A stretch of DNA of 64,000 nucleotides, from assembly GCF_004010195.1 (NCBI RefSeq), contig NC_057718.1, forward strand, positions 105,044,300 to 105,108,299. The letters are read 5' to 3'. This stretch comes from Chiloscyllium plagiosum (Eukaryota). The notes under the pieces are model-generated. The model made no database searches, was not told where the DNA came from, and worked only from the letters and a program-made list of their open reading frames with translations. This document shows, piece by piece, positions 51,420-64,000 of this stretch (positions are counted from its first letter, which is position 1; every line of letters begins with the position of its first letter). Both the position numbers and the translations under genes were made by a program.

Positions 51420-52253
51420 CAGATTGGAGGCCTGTGACCAGTGGAGTGCCACAAGGATTGGTGTTGGGTCCACTACTTTTCATCATTCATTTAAATAATT
51501 TGGATGCGAGCATGAGAAGTAACAGTTAGTAAGTTTACAGATGACACCAAAATTGGAGGTATAGTGGATAGTGAAGAGGGTTACCTCAGATTACAACAGG
51601 ATCTTGATCAGATGGGCCAATGGGCTGAGAAGTAGCAGATGGTATTTAATTTAGATAAATGCGAGGTGCTGCATTTTAGGAAAGCAAATCTTAGCAGGAC
51701 TTATATACTTAATGGTAAGGTCNNNNNNNNNNNNNNNNNNNNNNNNNNNNNNNNNNNNNNNNNNNNNNNNNNNNNNNNNNNNNNNNNNNNNNNNNNNNNN
51801 NNNNNNNNNNNNNNNNNNNNNNNNNNNNNNNNNNNNNNNNNNNNNNNNNNNNNNNNNNNNNNNNNNNNNNNNNNNNNNNNNNNNNNNNNNNNNNNNNNNN
51901 NNNNNNNNNNNNNNNNNNNNNNNNNNNNNNNNNNNNNNNNNNNNNNNNNNNNNNNNNNNNNNNNNNNNNNNNACTCGAGAGCATAGGTTTAGGGTGAGAG
52001 GGGAAAGATATAAAAGAGACCTAAGGGGCAACTTTTCCACGCAGAGGGTGGTGCATGTGTGGAATGGGCTGCCAGAGGAAGTGGTGGAAAATGATATGAT
52101 GGCAACATTTAAAAGGCATCTGGATGGATATATGAATAGGAAGGGTTTGGAGGGATATGGGCTGTGTGCTGGCATGTGGGACCAGATTGGGTTTGGATAT
52201 TTGGTCGGCATGGACTGAAGGGTCTGTTTCCATGCTATATATCTCTGACTCTA
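51420..52253 (+). mobile_element. CR1 family A 3' fragment, gapped
   Basis: Same sequence as 5125-6150. Confidence 0.92.
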
Positions 52254-54130
52254 CGGCAAATACTGATGGCTGTATTTGTGAATGAATATAAATACAGAGT
52301 GCAGGAGAGGGTTAATCAATCATTCGAGGTGAATAGCAAAAGCAACTTTTACGCAAAGCAAAGTGTTCCCAAATGTTGAAACCATCCTTTTTAAAAATAA
52401 TCACTTGTGATACATGGGCATCGCTGGCTGAGGTAGCATTTATTGCCTTTCTCCAGTGCCCTTGAGAAGGTGGTGGTGAACTGCCTTGCTAAACAACTAT
52501 GGTCGATGTTCTGTCAGTAGACCAACATTGCTATTGGGAAGGAGTTCCAGCATTTTGATCCAATGACAGTTTGGGAATGGTGACTTATTTCCAAGTCAGA
52601 ATGGTTAGTGGCTTAGAAGGAAACTTGCAGGTGGTGGTGTTTCAATGTAGCTTTTGCCCTTCTTCTCGGTGGAAGTGGTTATGCATTTGGAAGGTGCTGC
52701 CTCAAGATCTTTGGAGAATTTCTGCAATGCATCTTCGAGAGAGTACACACTGCTGCTACTGAGTGTCAGCACCAGAGGGAATGCATGTTTGTAGATGCGC
52801 TAATGAAGTGGGTTATTTTGTTCTGGATGGTGTCAAGTTTCTTGAATGCTGGAGCTGCAATACCCATCTAGGCAAGTGGGGAGTATTCCATCACACTCCT
52901 CACTTGTGCCTAGTAAATGGTTTTGGGATATCAGGAGTTGAGTTGATTGCCACAGTACTCCTAGCCTCTGACTTGGTTTTGTAACCACTATTTGTATAGC
53001 GAGTCCAATTGAGTTTCTGATCAGTGGTAACTCCCACGACAGTGGGGGGAAGATAGTATTTGTATGCACAATTGTTACTTGCCACTTGTTAGTCCAAACC
53101 TGGATGTTGTACAGATCTCGTAGCATTTGAACATGGATTGCTTCAGTATCTGAGGAGTCACAAATGGTACTGAACATCCCCAGTTCTGAACTTTATGATG
53201 GAAGGAAGATCATTGATGAAGCAGCTAGAGATGGTTGGGTCTAGGACAGTACCCTGAGGAACTCCTGCAAAGATGTCCTGGAGCTGAGATGACTGACATC
53301 CATCAACCACAGCCACCTTCCTATATGCCAAGGATGACTCTAACCAGCGGAGGGTTTGCCTCCTAATACCGATTGATTCTAGTTTTGTTGGGACTCCTTG
53401 ATGTCACACTCATGATAGTAGCCTTGATGTAAAGGACTGTCACTCTCAACTCACCTTTGGAATTCAACTCTTTTGTCCATATTTGAATCAGGCTGTAGTG
53501 AGATCAGGAGCTGAATAGCCCATGCAGAACCCAAATGGTGTCTCCAAGCAGGTTATTGCTGAGCAGGTGCTGGTTGGTAGTGCTATTAGCGATGCTTTCC
53601 ATCACTTTCCTGGTGATTGATATTAGACTGGCGCAGTAATTGACCAGTTTGGATTTGACAAATTTTTCACCTTTGTTATATGCCAGTGTTTTATGCCAGA
53701 ACAAATCTTCTCAAAACTCGCTAAGTGTTTTAACTGTACAGAAACAGCTTGGCTCAGGAGTGGCAAGTTCTGGAGCACAAGTCTTCAGTATGATTGCTGG
53801 AATGATTTCAGGACTCCGTGCTTCCAACCATTTCTTATATCAAATAGAGTGAATGGAGTTGGCTGAAGACTGGTATCTGTGATGCTGGGGACCACTGGGG
53901 AAGGCTGAGATTGATCATCCAATCGACACTTCTGGGTGAGGATTGTTGTGAATGCTTCAGCCTTTTTCACTAATGTGCTGGGCTCTTCCCTCACTGAGGG
54001 TGGGGATATTTGAAGAGCAGCCTCATCCTGAGAGTTGTTTAATATATCCACGACCATTCCCACTGGATGTGGCAGGACTGCAGAGTTTAGCTCTGATCTG
54101 TTGGGTGTGGAATCACTTACTTCTGTCTAT

Positions 54131-54665
54131 CAAAGAATAAAGAAAATTTATAGCCCAGGAACAGGCCCTGCGGCCCTCCAAGCCTGAGCCGAACCAAATG
54201 TACTGTCTAAACCTGTCGGTCAATTCCTAAGCATCTGTATCCCTCTGCTCCCCACCTACTCATGCATCTGTCCAGACGCACCTTAAATGACTGTACCGTG
54301 CCTGCCTCTACTACCTCTGCTGGCAACGCGTTCCAGACACCCACCACCCTCTGTGTGAAGTATTTGCTGTGTGTATTCCCCCTTAAACATTTCACCTCTC
54401 ACCTTGAAAATGTGACCTCTTGTTATTGAATCCTTCACCCTGGGAAAAAGCTTGTCTCTATCCTGTCTATACCCTTTATGATTTTGTAGACCTCAATCAG
54501 GTCCCCCCCCCATAATCTCCTTTTTTCCAATGAAAACAAACCTAACCTACTCAACCTCTCTTCATAGCTAGCATCTTCCATACTAGGCAACATCCTCATA
54601 AACCTTCTCTGCACCCTCTCCAAATCGTCCACATCCTTTTGGTAATGTGGCTACCAGAACTGTAC
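54131..54665 (-). mobile_element. CR1 family B 3' end
   Basis: Reverse complement resembles 32860-33370. Confidence 0.9.
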
Positions 54666-54686
54666 TCACTTGCTGCTTATGCTGTT

Positions 54687-54880
54687 TAGTAGAAAGCGAG
54701 GACTGCAGATTCTGGAGATCAGAGTTGAGAGCTGGAAAAGCACAGCAGTCAGGCACATCCAAGGAGCAGGAGAATCGGCGATTCCTGATTCCTGATGAAG
54801 GGCTTATGCCCGAAACGTTGATTCTCCTGCTCCTCAGATGTTGCCTGACCTGCTGTGCTTTTCCAGCACCACTCTTGCGA
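54687..54880. mobile_element. Fold-back Penelope-like family A insertion with 14-bp TSD
   Basis: CTGCTTATGCTGTT at 54673-54686 and 54881-54894; inverted arms. Confidence 0.9.
54787..54824 (+). ncRNA. Minimal hammerhead ribozyme motif (family A), best-preserved copy
   Basis: GATTC-CTGATGA(54792)-A-GGGC-TTAT-GCCC-GAAACGTT-GATTC; stem I 4/5 pairs; predicted cut after 54819. Confidence 0.75.
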
Positions 54881-56309
54881 CTGCTTATGCTGTTGGCCAT
54901 GCAAGTAGTCCTGTTTGGTAGCTTCATCAAGTTGACACTTCATTTTCAAATATGCCTGGTGCCGCTCCTGGCATACCCTCCCACAGTCTCCATTAACCTA
55001 CTGGTCCCCTGGCTTGATGGTAACAATTGAGTAGAGGATATACTGGGCTATGAGGTTTCACAATGTGTTGGAGTACAATTCTGCTGCTGTTGATGGCCCA
55101 CAGCACCTCCTGGATGTCCAATCTGAGTTATGTCTGTTCAAATTCTGTCCCATTTAGCATGATAATAGTGCCACATAACACGTTGGAAGCTATTCTCAGT
55201 GTGAAGGCAGGACTTCATCTCCACAAGGACTGTGTGGTGGTCAAACTTGTCTCTCGATAACTCAAACAAGGATTTTAGTCTGCCTTTTCTATGGCCTATT
55301 GCCTCAATAACCAGAATTGCTACACAGCTAGTTTCTTCAACTCCATTTTAACGTTTTATAATTTAAGGTGTAACTATTTTTAACTTTCATTTAGTTTATG
55401 GTGGATTCTGACCTAAGTTTTCTTGCTGGCATTAGTGCATTGAATTTTGTAATGCTGGTTAAAAAAAATTGATTGAGATTATGGTTTGTTGTAATGTAGT
55501 CTTCTATGGTGTAACTCTCATAATCAGGTTTATACATGTCACTGTTTTCATTGTTTCTGCTCGTCTGTCACAATGCTAAATTTGTGCAAACTTTAAAATG
55601 CTACAGCCATTGAAATGTCCCGTTCCAGAAGGAAGATTATTTTTGTCTTTAGTCCCTTCACTTAAAGTGATTGGTGTGGATATTGAAGCCTGTCTAATTC
55701 TCATGCAAGTGATTTATTTTATGCTGTCTTAAATGGAACAGCATTATGGATCGAATAACCTCCTGGGAATCCATTTCAAATGAATGTTGTTTTAAGCTAA
55801 AAATGTAAATGATTGATTGTTTCTTGATTTAAGTGATTGCTAAAATCTACAAACGGACTAATTGATGTCCTTAACTCATCAGAAACTTTACAATTAAAGT
55901 GATTGTAAAGACCCTATTAAAAATACCATGTGTTGCAACAGGAAAATAGAAGCTCTACAATTTTTGAACAAAAACAGTAGGTGTGTAAGTATTGAGTAGT
56001 GCAGACTTGGAGTGATCTTTGCAGTTTGTATGTCTCATTTCAGCTTGTATAAAATCAGGGAGGTAGATTTCTTTCAATGAAATATGTGAAAATTGTGCCA
56101 TTCTGTTAACCATGTGTTCTCTAACACCAAAATATGTGGATATGTAATATAAATTAATTTTTCCTGTATTATTTCAGGTAAATTCCACAAAAAGCATTTC
56201 AAACTTTTAGCTAGTTTCAGTTGAGATCTTTTGGTTTTGTTTCCATCCTGAAACAGTTATGTTTTCCATGTTGTCAATCGTTGTTTAGCAACTTTACTCT
56301 CATATTTTG

Positions 56310-56665
56310 TCTTTTATAAAATTTGTTCATGGGATTAAGGTCTTGCTGGCAGGTGCAGCACTTATTTTCCATCCTTAATTGCTCAGAGAACAATTAAGAA
56401 TCGACTACATTAATGTGGGTCGGGAGTCACATATAGCCAGACCAGGTATCAATGGAAGAATTCCCTCCCTAAAGAATGTTTGTGAATCAGTTTCTTTTAT
56501 ATCAGCTGACAATGGTGGAATAGTTGCTTTTTTTTAACCATTCGAAATTTTTATTGAATTCAGATTTCATCATCTGCCTTGGTGGAATTCAAACCTATGA
56601 TCCTTAACACTTGCCTGGGATTTGAGATTACTGGTCCAGTGATGTTACCACCATGACGCTACCAC
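56310..56665 (-). mobile_element. SINE, same family as 25335-25650
   Basis: Reverse-complement core TTCCTCCCTAAAG and tail GCAGCACTTATT; tRNA-like head near 56580-56660. Confidence 0.7.
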
Positions 56666-57279
56666 CTCGTGTGTCAAGGAATGTAATATGTTTACAATTC
56701 GGAAAGTTTTACAAGAGAATGGAGAGTTGGACAGAACTCTGCAGACGGAGGCTGTCTTTTCATCCTAGTTTCGGGGAGGGATTTCTGAAGTTGTGTCTGA
56801 GCTTCTACGTTGTAAATAATCCCTGTTTTCAATGTACCTGATTTGAGAATAATAATTGTTTTTAGCAAAAAATACTTCAAAACTGATACTGACCATTTTA
56901 CTTCTGCCACCATAATCTGACTTGGACACTTTATAGCTGCAAATGTTCCCATTCTTAGTGAAGATGCATGAAACATGGATTAAATATGTCTTCTTGGGCC
57001 TTTGCTTCTGTGAGCCCAGAGATCGGAGGTTGTTTGCATCCTATCCAACTAAGGAAAACACTTCAGTAATTTTAAACCTGCCCTGTTGATGTTTATGTTT
57101 GCACTTTACAATGGACATTGTTGCATAGTAAATAGGACAAAATGCCCTTATGTTCCACTTCTATCTTCCGATAATTGTCCTTTAGTTATAAAATAATTCT
57201 ATATTCCATTGAATATAGGCCAGCTCTTGCACAGAGCAATCACTTGCCTCCTCCCCACATTCATGCAGCTCTCTGCCCT

Positions 57280-57800
57280 AAGCATTTATCAATGCCCTCC
57301 CAGACAGTATCACTGAATTGGTATTCATGCCGCACACTCCAAGTCCTAACTAACTGAATGTGTTGAAAAGCTATTTCTTGTGTACCCCCAGTATCTCTGG
57401 GCAGTAACCCCAAATGTATGCCCTATGTTTATTAATCTGTAACTATTAAAATAATCTTTTCATGTAAACTCTGTCTGAACCTCTCAAACACCATCTCTTC
57501 TCAGCCCACTCTTCTCTGTTGAGAATAGCCCTGCTTCTTATGTCTCTCCACATAACTGCAAACACTTATTTCTGGAACAATTCTCTTAAATCTCCACCAT
57601 ATCCTCTCAAGCTGATACAGTATTAGTTTCCTGAAGTGTGCTCCCCATTAGTGGTAGCAAGATTCAAACTGAGGCTGAGCAAATGTTTTATATATATCCA
57701 GCATGATTTCCTGGCTCTTGCTGTCTGCTCCTGTATATAAAGTCTCTAGTTTGTCTGCTTTATTAACTGATTTTTGTTAACTTTTTGTACCCTGTTTTCT
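57280..57800 (-). mobile_element. Very old CR1-like fragment
   Basis: Weak similarity to CR1 3' ORF2 on the minus strand. Confidence 0.45.
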
Positions 57801-60774
57801 TCAATCTTTGAGTCCACACTCTCTCTGTCTGTATATCTTTGTGTGTCTCTCTCTTATATACTCTTCATTTAATCGTGATCAGGTGAAATTTGGAATGCTG
57901 CCTTTTGTCAGTACTTTTACAGCACACAAGGAGAGACATTTGCCTTTGTCTAATTGAAGCCTCCTGAATAATAGTTTGAATTACCAGCTATTTTGAGCCT
58001 TCAATCCACTGGTGAAATTTTATTCTGCATTTCCCAGAAAGAAGAAATGTGGAATGAATAAATAATCTACTTGCAATCTACACCAATATTTTGGCAAACA
58101 CAATATTCCTCTGAGAAAAATAGATTTATCCTGGATCTATATTTGAATTATAGTCAAAAAATTGTCAGCTGATAGTTTCCTCAGTGAATCTGGCAGTGAG
58201 TAGCCGATTTCAAGTCTAGGATGGTCTAAATTCAATATTCCTATGTAAGGTTTTGGTTAGCTGGGATATGAGCTATGTTACAGTGGGGCTTATTAACTCC
58301 ATTAAAAAGAAATGAAAATTAGCTGGAATTCCTGCCCCTTTTTGGAATGGTTGAAGTCTGCAGGAAATAGATACTGGGCACGTACACATTACCTGAAGAT
58401 AGGTTGGCAGTTGACCTTTTGCAGTTCCTTTTTTTAATGTAAAAAAAATGGCCATTTATAGGAGGCAAAGGAAGAGGAAAAGATGTAAAATGATGTAAAA
58501 AGGGGGAGAAGGTACCGTATTGACGCTGTATCCTTAATCATGAGCACTGTCATTTCTAGTTCCTCAACTTCCAAAATTATCTTCTTTTTGGTGTCTATCT
58601 AACCCAAGCGAACTCTGTTGTATCTTAGAGGCGTGAAATTAGATTTGAATTGCTTGCAATGAATTTGCATCTAACCAAGATTTCTACATTAATAAGTGCA
58701 ATGCTAATTACACATTCTCATTGAGTGGATGAAAAAGATGCATCAGTTTGTAAAGTATGTTGGTAGATGTAATATTCCAACAATTGATTCTGCTTTCTGT
58801 GATTTTTAGGTTAATAGCAGTGATTTGAATTTAATAGATCCAAGCTATAAGTTTGCTTAATTAAAAATCTTTTGAGATAACACTCCATGTTAGGTTACAG
58901 CAGCTGTTTAGTGAGCAAGATCTGCAAGAAGACAATTACATCAAGAATGCATACATCAGACACAGGCCAACTTTTGTACTTGCCATACCTTGTCTAAACT
59001 GAAACTCTAAGGGATACTAATGAGCTTTGTTTCCAACTGTTTATTGTCTCTTCCTTTTCCCTACCCTGTGACCTATTACCACAAAATGCAATGCTGATTG
59101 TTGTTTTTTTTCCATTAAGATTGCCATTACTTTTCATGTTTTGATCAGGGCGGTCACTAAAGCCTTAATTGTTTAAGCAACATTCTGTTGCAGCTGGAGC
59201 AGATGACTTTGAACAGTTAAAAATGTCTGTAGGTTAAAAAAATAAGGTTTTCAAGCCCCGACTAGTCTTATACCTATGTTACATTAAAGTTGAGTGTTTA
59301 CCAATGGTACCTAACAAATATTAAGTGTGTTATACTAGAGGTGCCAAACTTGAATCAATATGTATAGAAAACGATGGACAATTTGGCAGCCTTGAATTGA
59401 ATTCTGCCTAATGACGAGTACACATGTGTGCGTGTGTGTGTATATGCTGAACTTTAATGTTGGAAGAATGTAGCCTCTTTCCTGACAAAAACATTTTCTT
59501 TTTGCTTGGAGCTTTGAAAACATTTCAATGGTGCAGTGTTAAGCACTTGCCTCCTGAGGTTGATCACGTATCCCCTGCCTTTTGTGCATTCTGCACAGTT
59601 ACATTGTTGCTATCATATTAAAATCAACTTAAACTTATTTGTGTCACAGTAGTAGTGATTTGTAGTACAGTAGGTGATTTGTTTTTGATCTGGGATTAGG
59701 TCAGAATTATTATCCTTTTGAGTAATGAAACAGGATGTATACAATATATCTTTGTTCTGTTTTAAAAAATCATGTTTTTTGATTGGATTATGATTATTTC
59801 CGGCTTATCAAACTTTTCATTGTATGGGTGGTTTCTTTGTCGTAACCATGTGGTTGTATATGCGCAAGTCTTACATTTTTAAGTAAGCTCAGACAACAAA
59901 CCTACTGCACAGATGTGATTTTGGTGTGGAATTTTACAATGTGTGTACCACCTAATGATCTGGTTTGATGTTGATTTGTACTATGTAACATCACATTAAA
60001 ACAGCTTGTCAGACTTTTTTACTATTCAGTTTGAATAATATGCAAAAATATTCATTTTCATCTTTAACCATATAATAGTTCACATTTTTGAAAGGAGCAT
60101 TTCATTCACCGAATTATTTGGAGCAAGATTAACTGTGTTAATGTTTGCTAGTGATTAAAGTTATGGTGAATTCAGCTTTCCCCTTGGAAGGCATACTCAT
60201 TGAGAAAAGAAAAAGGTTAGATAGGTTTTTTAAAAAGCACCTAGGCTACCTATTACAAATTAACTTGGAAATGTACCTTGTGTGTAGATTATGATTGCTG
60301 CCGTTAACTCTACAAAACAGAAATTATAACACAATTTATAAGCACTTCCCAGTTTGCTTAATAAATGGCAAAAACGATTTAAATTTATCCGTTTCCTCCC
60401 TCACTCCCATCAGAAGTGTTGACCTGTCGCTTAACAATCTTTCATCGCTTACTTCCTAGTACCACATCTGAGTTCCCAGTTTTCATGTCATTGTAGGCTT
60501 TGTGGGTTAGCAATGTCAATCATATGTACATTGTCAACAGATTAGGAGCAGGAATAGCTTTTTTCATTCTACTGTATATATGCACACGCGCGCGCGCACA
60601 CACACACACACACGCACGTTGAATGTTGAGTTCAGTCACAGTGCTCCTGCTACATCCTGGACTAACAATTAATTCAGAATAAAGGTCAAGATTTCCTTTT
60701 TTTTTGGTTGAAGTATACTGAGTAGTCTGTGCATCAAGAGTATTCCTGTTCCAAACCCGGGATTGAACCTGTAT

Positions 60775-60862
60775 AACTGAGGGCTTCAGCATGAAATGTT
60801 GATTTTCCTGCTCCTCGGATGCTGCTTGACCTGCTGTGCTTTTCCAGCAACACACACTCAAC
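60775..60862 (+). mobile_element. Penelope-like family A fragment, hammerhead decayed
   Basis: GAAATGTTGATTTTCCTGCTCCTCGGATGCTGC..TGCTGTGCTTTTCCAGCAACAC. Confidence 0.82.
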
Positions 60863-63694
60863 ATTAACTAAAATTAATATCTGTTTTGGTTGTGGTTTGA
60901 TATTTAACTTTTGTATACAGATGAGCACACTGGGCCATAATCTCTACACAAAACAAAACACAGAATTATTCTGAATCATTTGTCTTTTGCCTTTGCACTT
61001 AGTGTCAGCTTATTCATACTTTGATCTACCAGGGAGGATGTTCAATTCTAAATGCTGCAAAGTGGAGAGCAACTGAAGATGTTTAATACTGTGCCAAATA
61101 TTTCACATTGAGATATCCTCTTCAGTTCTCCAGTTATCAGTTGAATACTTTTTTGTTAGGTTGCTGTGAATTAGCTTAAGTCTGTCAGGCGGAGTGTCCC
61201 GTATTGTTTGGAATAACCAACAGTTGCTGTTTTCACCTGGCAATATTCTGAGACCCAATGTAGATTCTTGACATTTTATGAAATCAAAGCTAAATTCAAA
61301 GTACTCATCCTGAGGTTTTTCATAATCTGATAATTTAAAACAGATTTATTTAAATTCAAGTAGCTTTTCAAATAACATGGCAGGTACATGACATTACAAT
61401 CTGTATTTTCATGCCCTCAAATAAACTCCCTTTTCTTGCTATTTGTACTGCTGCTTAGACTTCTATTGTCAGTAAATAGTCATTTCGCTTTTCCTTTTTG
61501 ACAGGGAATTTAAAGAAGGTGGCTCCATTAATTCATGGTCTGTGCATTATTATAATGGATGCAGGCTTATGCTTCAATTAACCTGCATTGTCAATTTAAC
61601 ATCTGGGCATATAATTGTGGGTCATTATAATCCATAGCCACCAAACACATTCAAAGTATAATTTAAACCAGCTGTCGCAGGACCTCAGACCTGCAACCAC
61701 CTTTCTTATTTCTTTGTGTATCTTGCTGTTGGCATACCACATTCCCTTCCCCACACACTGATCACGGGTGTGTACCAGACACCCTATTTTGCTGACAGCT
61801 CTGTGATCCTTCTTTCTAAGGTAATGGATTTGGGGGTTAAAAATAGAAAATCCTGGAAAAACCTTTTTCCCTTTCATTCGAATAGCACTTTTCATTTTTA
61901 TTTCTTATCTCCAGCATTTGCAGTATATTGACTATATTTTAATGGATTTTAAAGACAATATTCTGTCTTAGCGTTTTTTTTAAAGTTGGTATGTACATCA
62001 ACTAGTTTTGATTTATTCTTTGCCCTTTCACCGCTTAACCTCTTTGAAATTAATCTGTTTAAGGGATCAAAGGGTATAGGGAGAAAGTGGGAACAGCATA
62101 TTGAGTTGGATGATCAGCATGATCATGTTGAAAAGCAGAGAGACATAAGGAGCTGAATGAGCACGCTTGCTCCTATTTTTCTTTATTTCTATAATCCAGG
62201 TACTCTGAAATTTAGCATATGTTACACTAAAGTACAACTTTGCCAATGCTAAACCAGCCCATCAGCTATCCCCAATCTCTAGCGCACATCCTGTATTTGT
62301 GTGGCTTTGAACATTAATGTCTGAATAGGTTTAATGGTTATGACTTGCTTGTTTCATTCTCTCTTTGAATTGATTGAATTTCTGCTGCTTCTAATTTGTA
62401 TTTTTGTATGTGCACTTGGTCATGATTCTTACTAATTCCACTCTCCGTTATTGCTCCTTTATGGCCTTTTAAATAAAAGATGTCTTCTGTATTGTGAGCC
62501 ATTGAGGTCACCATTATCAGCAGGAAGGCATTCTTGATGTATGTGTTTATTATGTAAGTTACATTTAACTTTGAATGAAATTTCTTTAAGCTCAGTGCTT
62601 GATAATGGATCATTCTTCTTTCCCCAGCCATTTTAACAAAGGGCCAATTTCATTTTACTTGCCGTCTGTGTATGTTCCTGGTGCCTTGTTGCTACTCTGT
62701 ATGATGTACTGTCTTTAAAATATGTTGGACAGTTAGAACAAGTTCTCCCTTCACAGTTGGGATTTGACTTTGGCAGCTACTTTTTAAAAAAAAACTAAAT
62801 GAAGTTGAGGCTTTTTAAACTATTAAAATGAAAGTTCAAACTTTGTACTTGGTTGTCAAGCCTCTAGTTTGAGGCCTGATCTTAAACTTTAAACTGTTAA
62901 CATTTGAAAAGAAGTATGCCAGCTCCTGGAGCATTTGAACTGTTGGAAAACTTTGAGTCAGAAGTCACAAACAGGATAGTAAATTCAATCAGCTTGACTT
63001 TAAATGTATCCTTGGCTTGTGTCTTGAATATTAGATTTACTGAAACATTTGATTTTTGATCCACAATCCCACTGGCTTGTTCTATGTTTCCCACTGGTAC
63101 TTAAGGTTAAAAAGCTTCCTTGAATAACAATCTGAAGAATTAGTATCCAACTCATTAGCTTTTTAAGTTATTGTTGCACTACTTGCTGGGATGGATTGGA
63201 AAGGTAAGGACAACTTTTCTCAAACTTCGTGAATTTGAACAAGAAGTTGGTCAAATCTAATGAGAAAGCTATCTTCATCCCCAGGGTTCATGAGCTTGAA
63301 GCTCTGTTTGTGATATTCAGGTCTTTTAGTGCTTTAAACATATTGTCAACATTTATTTTAAAAAAAACACAAGCTGAACTCTAAGTGAAATAGGATGTGA
63401 TTTGCAATCGGTAGCAATTGAAAGTCTCAAGTTCTGATGAGACAAAAAGGGAACTAGCCAAGGCAAACTGAGATGAAAGTTGCTGAACAGGATTGTGCAT
63501 TAACAATTTTCCAATTGTAATTATTTGGGTACAGACTGGACAGTCGTACTGAAAGTTAAGACTCTGCTCAAGTTGTTGATCATAGGATGAAGTCGAGAAG
63601 TTAAAATATGATTCAGGAGGTGCCTAAGTTTGGTAATACAAGTAATTATTGAATTGAATACAGTAGAGAAATAAACAAAAATAGACTGTTAAAC

Positions 63695-64000
63695 TTCAGA
63701 GGGTGCAGAAAAGATTTACAAGGATGTTGCCAAGGTTGGAGGGTATGTGTTATAGGGAGAGGCTGAAAATTCCCTATAGCATCAGAGGCTGAGGGCTGAA
63801 CTTCTCGAGGTTTATAAAATCATGAGAGATGTGGATAGGGTGAGTAGCCAAGGTCCATAAGGCTCTGGTCAGACCACATTTGGAGTATTGTGTGCTGTTT
63901 TGGGCCCTATATATTAGGAAGAATGTATTGGCCCTGGAGTATGTTCAGAGGAGGTTCATAAGAATGGTCCCGGGAATGAAAAGCTTAACATATGAGAAAT
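63695..64000 (+). mobile_element. Two CR1 fragments, running off the window
   Basis: RVQKRFTRMLP and LVRPHLEYCVLFW motifs. Confidence 0.85.

Larger units (their letters stand above)
52395..55250 (-). mobile_element. Long copy of the second CR1/L2-group LINE, with nested CR1 and Penelope insertions
   Basis: Continuous homology to 13360, 23110 and 36305 fragments; NYCASLISITRKVMESI and NIQVWTNKWQVT motifs. Confidence 0.85.

Noticed and set aside
60581..60618. (CG)n(CA)n Z-DNA tract as a functional element
   Set aside because: Ordinary short microsatellite with no further support.

Overview
Eukaryotic, repeat-rich, gapped scaffold sequence. It is most likely elasmobranch (shark) DNA, judged from HE1-type V-SINEs and HER1/CR1-type LINEs; this is an inference. 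The only host coding sequence I can support is the 3' end of a + strand ABC half-transporter. Five GT-AG exons (3761-3849, 6936-7039, 13781-13940, 17359-17463, 25857-25963) splice in phase into an ABCH-like ABC2 membrane domain ending in TAG; the ORF track shows only one of these exons in frame. Its introns carry several large tandem arrays (10/11, 6, 39, 29 and 23 bp units). A second transcription unit probably starts near 46.0-46.3 kb: a GC-rich island with a ZNF143-type motif and a splice donor, followed by a long intron-like region. The rest is nested retroelements (CR1, L2-group, RTE, tRNA-SINEs). The most striking signal is about 16 short Penelope-like insertions of four sequence families. 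Many have target-site duplications (TSDs) and fold-back structure. Each family carries a minimal hammerhead-ribozyme core (CUGANGA-stem II-GAAA-palindrome-UH) with a family-specific stem II. Nearly all ORFs in the track are repeat or gap artefacts or decayed retroelement fragments.
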